A DNA stretch of 64,000 bases from a virus (lineage: Duplodnaviria; Caudoviricetes). This document shows, in pieces, positions 7,080-14,178 of the stretch (positions are counted from its first letter, which is position 1; every line of letters starts with the position of its first letter). The DNA lies in the IMG/VR virus record IMGVR_UViG_3300025387_000009; one strand, written 5' to 3'. A program made the position numbers and the translations under genes. Under the pieces are notes generated by a model. The model did no database searches. It was given only the letters and a program-made list of their open reading frames with translations, and was not told the DNA's origin.

Positions 7080-7392
7080 AGAATTACAACATTGGATAGA
7101 CCAGTGTTTACATTTCCAACATGCTTGGGAAAAAACACAAGTTCTCTTAAATAACTTAAGAGAAGAACACAAAGATTTAATTCTTGAACTTAAACAAAAG
7201 GATGCTGCTATTCAAGTTCTTCAAGATATCATTGCGGATCACACATCTATACCAAAAGTTATAATACCAATGCTTCGTCGTGAATTTCCAGAAATAGTAC
7301 AAAGTGAAATTACACCGTATATTAAGGATTCTCGTGCAAATGCTTTAGACGAATTGACAAAGCAAGCTCAAGATCTCAACATGGGATATTAA
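7069..7392 (+). CDS. Hypothetical protein ending in LDELTKQAQDLNMGY tag
   Basis: Start moved to ATG 7069; coiled coil; C-terminus shared with 955..1191. Confidence 0.75.
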   Translation: MENKELQHWIDQCLHFQHAWEKTQVLLNNLREEHKDLILELKQKDAAIQVLQDIIADHTSIPKVIIPMLRREFPEIVQSEITPYIKDSRANALDELTKQAQDLNMGY

Positions 7393-7414
7393 AATGTTAC
7401 AATTCTGTAACATT
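7393..7414. other. Intergenic inverted repeat
   Basis: AATGTTACA-attc-TGTAACATT, perfect 9-bp stem just upstream of TAAATA 7421-7426. Confidence 0.5.
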
Positions 7415-7431
7415 AAAAGATAAATACTTTT

Positions 7432-7614
7432 GTGAACAATGATTCCTTTAACCTAATAGGTCACGTTGCTATCCTTTTGTTAGCAATGGGATTTATTGGG
7501 TTTCTTTTTATGGTATCTCCAGAATTTAGAAAACTATTAAAAAGAAACAAAAAGATTCAAAAGCGTAAAAATAATATTAAACAGTCTTCTAGAGCTAGAG
7601 ACTATCAAATCTGA
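7432..7614 (+). CDS. Small membrane protein with basic tail
   Basis: GTG start 5 nt after TAAATA; TM helix followed by K/R-rich tail. Confidence 0.6.
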   Translation: MNNDSFNLIGHVAILLLAMGFIGFLFMVSPEFRKLLKRNKKIQKRKNNIKQSSRARDYQI

Positions 7615-7707
7615 TTATTTCTTAATAGCAGCCCAAGCAGCACCAATAATTGGTATTGACATTTGAAGCCATATAGTTGATAATGTAATGATATCTGATA
7701 ATTGCAT
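7615..7707 (-). CDS. Possible small hydrophobic peptide (30 aa, MQLSDIITLSTIWLQMSIPIIGAAWAAIKK)
   Basis: Read manually; fills the gap exactly and abuts 7432..7614 tail to tail. Confidence 0.4.
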   Translation of the reverse strand: MQLSDIITLSTIWLQMSIPIIGAAWAAIKK

Positions 7708-7710
7708 ACT

Positions 7711-8097
7711 ATGAATACAGCAAACACCATGCCAAATCACGAAAAAATAATCGAATTAAATAAAATTTGGTATGATGTAATTGCTGGTGACTATCATAAA
7801 GATCGTGATTGTCACTTTAGAATAAGCACTCATTATTTTTATGGTGATAGAGTGGAATGGGAAGTAGAACATTTTGGTTATATTCTACAGAATTACGTAA
7901 GAGAGGTAGAAGAGTTTGAAACTCAACATGAAGCAGAAGTTTGGCTTATACACAATGTTTTAAAGTTTGGTATCTTAATGGAAGTTAATAATTTTCTTGA
8001 TCATTACGGAGATCCAGATTGGGATCAACATACTCGTTATGATAAAGAACAACTTGAAGACATCAAGAAGAAAGTTCTTGAAATTGCTCCAAACTAA
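7711..8097 (+). CDS. Hypothetical protein
   Basis: ORF track 7702..8097 (TTG start); first ATG at 7711, true start uncertain. Confidence 0.75.
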   Translation: MNTANTMPNHEKIIELNKIWYDVIAGDYHKDRDCHFRISTHYFYGDRVEWEVEHFGYILQNYVREVEEFETQHEAEVWLIHNVLKFGILMEVNNFLDHYGDPDWDQHTRYDKEQLEDIKKKVLEIAPN

Positions 8098-8105
8098 TCT
8101 ATAAT
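8078..8105 (+). promoter_or_regulatory. Sigma70 promoter, leaderless geometry
   Basis: TTGAAA 8078-8083, 16 nt, TATAAT 8100-8105, 6 nt, ATG 8112. Confidence 0.75.
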
Positions 8106-8111
8106 GCTATT

Positions 8112-8807
8112 ATGTTTAATTTATTCCCTAAAAAAAAGTCTGTCGATGAAATCATAGAAGATGCTAATTTAACTCCACCTTGGAGTTGGACTCCAACCCA
8201 AACACCTAGCATGTTACAAGCTCAATCAGAAATGATTGATAATCTTTTAAAAGAAAATTGTGGTCTAAAAAAAGAAATCGAAGAGCTTAAAAAAGATTGG
8301 CATCAACCAGAGCTTTGCAGTGAAAAGATATCTGAACTCACAAAGGAGGTATCAAATTTAAAACACCTTAAACAAGAGAATGCTGATCTTATAGAAATGC
8401 TTGCAAAATATAGAGATGGTTATCAAGGATCTTGCTATGCATGTGAACCTGTTGGCGAATTAAACCAAAAACTTCAAAAAGAAAAATCTGAACTTCTTAA
8501 ACTATACAATGGTTTGCTTACAAAAGGCGACGAATATCTAAAAGCAAAACTTCAAATTGTTGAGAACGATTATATGAAGTGTGCTCGTGAGAGAGATGAG
8601 TATAAGCATCAATTAAATGCGACTAATAAAGAATTAGAGGAATTGAAAAGAAAAAATAATTATCCTCATCATTGGGGTGGATATACAGACGAAACTCCTT
8701 GGGAAACTGCCGCTGCCGATTTAGCCTTGAGAGTTGTAAAACTTGAAAAACAAGTCGAGCAGTTAAAATTGATTAATTCCCAAATTCATGTAAATAAAAA
8801 ATCATGA
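8112..8807 (+). CDS. Coiled-coil hypothetical protein
   Basis: Long heptad pattern; CYAC motif. Confidence 0.8.
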   Translation: MFNLFPKKKSVDEIIEDANLTPPWSWTPTQTPSMLQAQSEMIDNLLKENCGLKKEIEELKKDWHQPELCSEKISELTKEVSNLKHLKQENADLIEMLAKYRDGYQGSCYACEPVGELNQKLQKEKSELLKLYNGLLTKGDEYLKAKLQIVENDYMKCARERDEYKHQLNATNKELEELKRKNNYPHHWGGYTDETPWETAAADLALRVVKLEKQVEQLKLINSQIHVNKKS

Positions 8808-9589
8808 TTAATAGAGTAAAGGTATTGAAAGGATTTGCATCAGAGCTTGTCTGTCTAAAAGACAGAGTGTTTCAATTCAGTGACGGATTTAATGTTCTGT
8901 TTGGTAGCAATGGGTGTGGTAAATCCACACTAATGAAATGCATTAAAGCCTATTGTGCAATTGAACATGCTGGTTGGAGTAAGATCAGTAACTATATGTC
9001 TCTTGGTGCAAGTAGTGTTAGAAATTTTCCTATGTGTTATCGTGCATTAACCCCCACAAAGGAATGTGATACTATTGTTGAATGGGATGGAACACCAACC
9101 TTTTACAATGATAGTGACCTCCGTATTGATGATATGGCATGGTTTTATAACAAAGACATTCTTGCACAAGAGGGGTTAACCTCTGCGGCTGAGCAAATGG
9201 ATTACATGGCAAAGAGACCATCATCCGGTCAGACTCGCATGCAAAAATTAAATAAGATTTTTAATCTTGCATTGAATCCCCCTGACTTTACTCTTACTAC
9301 ACCAAACCCTGGTAACAAATACGAACAAATGGAAGTTCAATATATTCGTTCTCTTCCTCGTAGAGGAAAGATTACAATAATGCTGGACGAACCGGAAAAG
9401 TCTCTTTCTATACCGAAGCAAATTGAATTGTTCAGATTGTTGAAGAGTTTTCAAGATAAATTTCAAATTATTATTTCAACGCATTCTCCTTTTATTCTTT
9501 TTGAAGAGGGTATCAATGTCATTGAAATGGAAGGTGATTATATCAATACCTGTAAGAATATAATCAAGGAATGTTCAACAAAACTATAA
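8804..9589 (+). CDS. ABC-type / AAA_21-like ATPase
   Basis: Walker A GSNGCGKST, signature-like SSGQ, Walker B IMLDEPE, H-loop STHSPF. Confidence 0.85.
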   Translation: MINRVKVLKGFASELVCLKDRVFQFSDGFNVLFGSNGCGKSTLMKCIKAYCAIEHAGWSKISNYMSLGASSVRNFPMCYRALTPTKECDTIVEWDGTPTFYNDSDLRIDDMAWFYNKDILAQEGLTSAAEQMDYMAKRPSSGQTRMQKLNKIFNLALNPPDFTLTTPNPGNKYEQMEVQYIRSLPRRGKITIMLDEPEKSLSIPKQIELFRLLKSFQDKFQIIISTHSPFILFEEGINVIEMEGDYINTCKNIIKECSTKL

Positions 9590-9590
9590 T

Positions 9591-9821
9591 ATGCCCAAGG
9601 CAATTTTAGAATTTAATCTCCCAGAAGAAGAACAAGAACACAGAGATGCTATTGAGGGTACTATGTGGAAACTTGCCATGTGGGATATAGATCAAATATT
9701 GCGAAATGCAATCAAACACGGTTGCGACCAATGTGAAGACAATAAGTATGCAGCTTTTGAATATATAAGAAAAGAAATCTATAATTCTCTTGACAGTTAT
9801 AAACTTAGCCTTTTAGATTAG
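9591..9821 (+). CDS. Conserved phage hypothetical protein
   Basis: MPKAILEFNLPEE N-terminus familiar from aquatic phage proteins. Confidence 0.75.
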   Translation: MPKAILEFNLPEEEQEHRDAIEGTMWKLAMWDIDQILRNAIKHGCDQCEDNKYAAFEYIRKEIYNSLDSYKLSLLD

Positions 9822-9822
9822 T

Positions 9823-10422
9823 ATGTCATATCTTGAACCTATATACGAAAAACCTAAATTAAAAAAGATACCAACTGTCGTTTGGCTTACTGGTCTATCT
9901 GGTTCCGGTAAAACCACTGTCGCTAAAGCCCTTAAAGAGGCTTTACGTCTTAATGATGTAAAGATTGGATTTCTTGATGGTGATGAAGTTAGAAAATATC
10001 TACAAGAAAACAAAGAAAGAACATATGGGTTTTCTATGGAAGATAGAAAACAATTTGTTAATAATGTTGTTTACATGGCAAGAAATATGATCGAGTTCCA
10101 AGGCGCAGAACTTATAATAATTGCTCTAATTTCCCCGCTCAAAGAAATGAGGGATAACGCAAGGAGTATATTTGAAAAATATTCAAATGCAAGATTCATT
10201 GAAGTTTACATGGATACCCCTCTTGAAGTATGTGAACAAAGAGATCCAAAGGGGCTATATAAAAAAGCTCGTGCTGGTGAGATTAAGGAATTTACTGGAA
10301 TTGATTCTCCATACGAGGCTCCACAATTTCCAGAAATAAGAATACACCCAAGGACTACACTTTTTGGCGAAATGACAGTTGACAGAGCAGTAAAAATAAT
10401 TTATAATCATATTAACAATTAA
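9823..10422 (+). CDS. cysC: Adenylylsulfate (APS) kinase
   Basis: VWLTGLSGSGKTT, LDGDEVR, FIEVYMDTPLEVCEQRDPKGLYKKARAGEIKEFTGIDSPYEAP. Confidence 0.96.
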   Translation: MSYLEPIYEKPKLKKIPTVVWLTGLSGSGKTTVAKALKEALRLNDVKIGFLDGDEVRKYLQENKERTYGFSMEDRKQFVNNVVYMARNMIEFQGAELIIIALISPLKEMRDNARSIFEKYSNARFIEVYMDTPLEVCEQRDPKGLYKKARAGEIKEFTGIDSPYEAPQFPEIRIHPRTTLFGEMTVDRAVKIIYNHINN

Positions 10423-10426
10423 AAAT

Positions 10427-10750
10427 ATGGATATAAATAACCCACTTGAACTCGCATTAACAATAGCTTTGATTCTGCTTTCCGTTTGGTTTGTAGAAAG
10501 AATTATTGCTGGTGCATTTAAAACTGTAATTGCAATATTCTTTATCTTTGGACTTCTCCTAGGATATGATTATGTCTTCCATAGGAAAGAGAAACCAAAA
10601 AAAGAAAAGTCATTGCCTAGTTTTACAATTCATGATTTGACTGATTATCCATCCTTTGAAAAGAAGTTTGATCTCTATAAAAAGGAAACGATTAAAGACG
10701 TAAAACAAGACTACTATGACGCAAAAAAGGAAATCGAAAACGGTAAATAA
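10427..10750 (+). CDS. Membrane protein (2 TM)
   Basis: Two hydrophobic helices then charged tail. Confidence 0.7.
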   Translation: MDINNPLELALTIALILLSVWFVERIIAGAFKTVIAIFFIFGLLLGYDYVFHRKEKPKKEKSLPSFTIHDLTDYPSFEKKFDLYKKETIKDVKQDYYDAKKEIENGK

Positions 10751-11033
10751 AACTTTTACCAAAACGGTACTACCAACTAATGATGTCTACATCCAATTTA
10801 CGGATGAAGAAATTCAAGAATTTGGTTGGGAAAAAGGTCAAAAATTTGAATTCCAATATCAACCAGATGGATCATTTAAACTTGTTCCTTATACAAAATT
10901 GGAACTTGATCTTAATGAGTGGCCCGTCGAAATCCTACATATGATTATTAAGGAATCCTGCGAAAAAGATATTTCCGTTAATGATGTAATTAATAATCTC
11001 CTCAAAGAAGCTCTAAAAGACGAATTAAATTAA
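10716..11033 (+). CDS. Putative AbrB/MazE-like DNA-binding protein
   Basis: YIQFTDEEIQEFGWEKGQKFEFQYQPDGSFKLVP resembles the swapped-hairpin pattern. Confidence 0.55.
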   Translation: MTQKRKSKTVNKTFTKTVLPTNDVYIQFTDEEIQEFGWEKGQKFEFQYQPDGSFKLVPYTKLELDLNEWPVEILHMIIKESCEKDISVNDVINNLLKEALKDELN

Positions 11034-11034
11034 A

Positions 11035-11220
11035 ATGTTTGAAGATATTAAATTAGACAGAGAAAGACTTTATAAAATGTATATGGATCATGTTGATTAC
11101 ATTTGTGATGAATGTGATTGGGTTTCTTCCTTTACACCTAGAGATATTATTAGTATAATTTCTACTATCATTGAAAATAATCCCGATTTGATATCAAAGG
11201 ATAATGTACTCATTCGATAA
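11035..11220 (+). CDS. Hypothetical protein
   Basis: ORF track; 1-nt junction. Confidence 0.65.
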   Translation: MFEDIKLDRERLYKMYMDHVDYICDECDWVSSFTPRDIISIISTIIENNPDLISKDNVLIR

Positions 11221-12187
11221 TAATGTATTGGATACGGCTTATGCTTATGTTATAAGCAGGGGGTTTCCATACTATGAATTCTCGCTAGATGAGAAGAAAA
11301 AAGAATTAGAGAAGATCAAGAAATACGATCTATCTAAAATTATCCAAGGTGATATAATCAGGCAAACCATGCACGGATTGGGATTAGCTTGGTCGTATTT
11401 TCCTCATGCATGGAGTGTTAAAACCCGAAATATGAAAACTCCTATGGAGGTTTTTGATGATAAGGATCTGCTTAAAAAAGCAATAGACAGGAGATTAAAA
11501 AGGGGAGGATTCCCTATGCTCAAGCCTGATGGATCTATGACTGATTCACAAATCAGAAAAGCACTTAGAAGTTACTCTGGTGTTCAGTCTGTATCGAATT
11601 TTAGACCATCAGCAGCGGCGGCAATTTATCAAACCTATGCAGGTGATGGGATTGTTTGGGATATGTCCTGTGGCTTTGGTGGAAGGTTTCTGGGTGCATT
11701 AGCAAGCGGCGTAGTAAAGTTTTATTATGGAACCGATCCTTGCACCGAAACATTCGAAGGCTTGCAACAAATGCAAAAGGACTTTCAATACACAGGAATG
11801 TATTCGTTGATTCAGAAAAGAGGTAGCGAAGATAAATTCTTATTTTCTCAGGAAGTTGACCTTTGTTTTACTTCCCCTCCGTATTTTAATACCGAAAAGT
11901 ATTCGGATGAGGCAACGCAGAGTTATGTAGCATATAACAATGTTGAAGATTGGAATGAAAAGTTCTTGCGTAAGACTATTCAAAACTGCTATAGTTGTCT
12001 TAAATCCAATGGTCATATGATATTGAATGTTGCAAACGTAATATCGCATAAGATGCTAGAGGACGATACTGTTAAGATTGCACAACAAGAAGGGTTTACT
12101 TTAGTTGAAACTCTCAAACTTCAATTATCAAGTATTACTAAAGGTGGTTTTAAATACGAACCTGTTTTTGTTTTTAAGAAGATATGA
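11204..12187 (+). CDS. SAM-dependent DNA amino-methyltransferase (N4-C/N6-A type)
   Basis: Motif I DMSCGFGGR, catalytic motif IV FTSPPYF, later LNVAN. Confidence 0.8.
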   Translation: MYSFDNNVLDTAYAYVISRGFPYYEFSLDEKKKELEKIKKYDLSKIIQGDIIRQTMHGLGLAWSYFPHAWSVKTRNMKTPMEVFDDKDLLKKAIDRRLKRGGFPMLKPDGSMTDSQIRKALRSYSGVQSVSNFRPSAAAAIYQTYAGDGIVWDMSCGFGGRFLGALASGVVKFYYGTDPCTETFEGLQQMQKDFQYTGMYSLIQKRGSEDKFLFSQEVDLCFTSPPYFNTEKYSDEATQSYVAYNNVEDWNEKFLRKTIQNCYSCLKSNGHMILNVANVISHKMLEDDTVKIAQQEGFTLVETLKLQLSSITKGGFKYEPVFVFKKI

Positions 12188-12579
12188 AATACACTGACAA
12201 CTACATAAACGAACTAAAGCCAAATGAAATTTTTGTATTTGGTTCAAATCTAAAAGGTATTCATGGTGCAGGAGCAGCAAAACTCGCAAGAGAGAAATTC
12301 GGGGCTGAAATGGGAGTTGGTATTGGTATTACTGGGCAGTGTTATGCAATACCAACTAAAGATGAAATGATTTGGACTTTACCACTTACCAGAATCGAAG
12401 AACACGTTATGGATTTTCTGGATTATGTAAAGGATGTGCCTGATAAGATTTTTCTTGTCACTCAAATTGGGTGTGGATTGGCTGGTTATACACCAGAAGA
12501 TATTGCACCAATGTTTAAAACCCATCCCAGTAACGTAATTATCCCAAGAGAATTTCATGAAGTTATTTCTCATATGTAG
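12184..12579 (+). CDS. A1S_2505-family phage protein (macrodomain-like)
   Basis: EIFVFGSNLKGIHGAGAAKLA...GQCYAIPTK...FLVTQIGCGLAGY. Confidence 0.75.
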   Translation: MKYTDNYINELKPNEIFVFGSNLKGIHGAGAAKLAREKFGAEMGVGIGITGQCYAIPTKDEMIWTLPLTRIEEHVMDFLDYVKDVPDKIFLVTQIGCGLAGYTPEDIAPMFKTHPSNVIIPREFHEVISHM

Positions 12580-12793
12580 TTTATTTTTTGCAAGTGTTTG
12601 CTTTGCAGACACTAATAATATAAACTATATAAGTTTAAATGATAAAGAAATAGCTAAAGAGAAATTAGAAAACCTTTATACTTTAAAGGTTTCAAAATCT
12701 ATAATTTTAAGCGGCGAAAATTTTATTGATTATAATAATTTCAATAATATTAATAGGATAAGAACTTATACCACTATTAAAATAAATTTCTGA
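12557..12793 (+). CDS. Secreted hypothetical protein
   Basis: Signal-peptide-like MKLFLICSLFFASVCFA. Confidence 0.55.
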   Translation: MKLFLICSLFFASVCFADTNNINYISLNDKEIAKEKLENLYTLKVSKSIILSGENFIDYNNFNNINRIRTYTTIKINF

Positions 12794-12823
12794 TTTTGTT
12801 ATCCATATGGGTAAATATTCCAT

Positions 12824-13162
12824 ATGAACAAAAAAGATATCAGAAGTTTAATGGAAGCTTATGAAGAAGTTGCTTCCTTTGAAGTTGCACCAGAAGAACA
12901 TTTACATCGTGAAGATGATGGTGACTTTAGTAGAGATATCGAACCTTCACACGAAGAAGAAAGTTTAGAGGATTTAGAGCATGAAAAGATCCGTATGGTT
13001 GAAACTCGTTTACGCTCAACTATTGCGCATGCTCATCAGGCGATTGATGCGATAAAAAAAGGCAGTGTAATCGAACCTTGGATGCAGGATTTAATTACAA
13101 CAGCAGAAGAACACGTTGTCAAAGTAGCTAACGTTTTAGTCTACAGACACGAGATTGACTAA
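12824..13162 (+). CDS. Acidic hypothetical late protein with LMEAY leader
   Basis: TAAATA 12812-12817 lies 6 nt upstream; N-terminus MNKKDIRSLMEAYEEV. Confidence 0.75.
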   Translation: MNKKDIRSLMEAYEEVASFEVAPEEHLHREDDGDFSRDIEPSHEEESLEDLEHEKIRMVETRLRSTIAHAHQAIDAIKKGSVIEPWMQDLITTAEEHVVKVANVLVYRHEID

Positions 13163-13537
13163 TTCTATTCCGAATTTTTTTGCTAGTTCAAGAGTTGATG
13201 GGTCTTGTTTATAGACTTCACCATATACAATCTTCTTAATCCCATAGGACGCAAGAGATTTTAAACAGTCGTTGCAAGGGAGAAGTGTTGTTGCTATTAA
13301 ATAGCATTCGTTTGGTTTAACGTATCGTAATGCATTAATTTCAGAATGTACTACATATTTTCTTCTCTCGTCACGATCTGACCAATCCTCCTTCATACCA
13401 GCAGGAAAACCATTATAACCCAAGGAAGCAACGCTATTATCATGTCGAAGTAAACAACATCCAACCTTTATATAAGGATCTTTGGATTTTTGTGCAGCAA
13501 CTACTGCAAGATTATAAGCGTATCTTTCCCAAGTCAT
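13136..13537 (-). CDS. cd: dCMP deaminase
   Basis: SKDP..KVGC, GYNGFP, HSEINAL, PCNDC zinc motifs. Confidence 0.93.
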   Translation of the reverse strand: MTWERYAYNLAVVAAQKSKDPYIKVGCCLLRHDNSVASLGYNGFPAGMKEDWSDRDERRKYVVHSEINALRYVKPNECYLIATTLLPCNDCLKSLASYGIKKIVYGEVYKQDPSTLELAKKFGIELVNLVSVD

Positions 13538-13539
13538 AA

Positions 13540-14121
13540 TTAAAAATTAAGAAACAATTCCCATTCCTTTATATTATGTTTATTTTTAATATAAAAAGTT
13601 GATGGCATGTGCCTTGGGATAGTAGGCGGTTTAATAAGCTTTAATCCCGCCTCTTCTGGCGTTCTATTAGCTTTCTGCGCATTAACCTCTTTATGAGCGA
13701 GAACACAATTATCCCAATTTGATTTGCCACCTCTGCTTCTAGGCATAACGTGATCGACATTGCCTTCATTCTTTGAAAGCTTTTTACCAGTATATTGACA
13801 AATGCCACCATCACGAGTCCAAACACCACTCAAAGAAAACTTTGGTCTTTTCATTGGAACTTTATTAAATTTACACAGAACAATAACCTTTGGAATTTTA
13901 ATATTGCCATTTATCGTTTTAACATATTCTGATTGTTCATCATGAGGCAATGCAATCCAATCCTTCCAACGATAAGGAATCATTTGATCTTCGCCTAGAA
14001 TATCTAATCCGGTTGCCGCATCGGTATACATCATAGACAATGCTTCAGCTGGTGATTTAACGTGAATAGCTTGCCAATTACGATTAAGAACAAGCACAGT
14101 TGACCTATTAAGATTATTCAT
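13540..14121 (-). CDS. HNH endonuclease (HNH_5-like)
   Basis: RDGGICQYTG...VDHVMPRSRGGKSNWDNCV...N..KANRTPEEAG. Confidence 0.88.
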   Translation of the reverse strand: MNNLNRSTVLVLNRNWQAIHVKSPAEALSMMYTDAATGLDILGEDQMIPYRWKDWIALPHDEQSEYVKTINGNIKIPKVIVLCKFNKVPMKRPKFSLSGVWTRDGGICQYTGKKLSKNEGNVDHVMPRSRGGKSNWDNCVLAHKEVNAQKANRTPEEAGLKLIKPPTIPRHMPSTFYIKNKHNIKEWELFLNF

Positions 14122-14178
14122 ATGTTTAGATTATGCATTGATATTCACCTATGAGGGGAATATTGATACTTATTCTAA

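Noticed and set aside
12241-12250. GGTTCAAATC resembling a tRNA T-loop
   Set aside because: It lies in the coding GSN motif of the A1S_2505-like gene and no cloverleaf can be formed. Intergenic gaps elsewhere are too short or AT-rich for tRNAs.
14141-14163. Imperfect hairpin between nrdA and the HNH gene
   Set aside because: It has a mismatch, no U-tail and does not cover the start codon; too weak to call.
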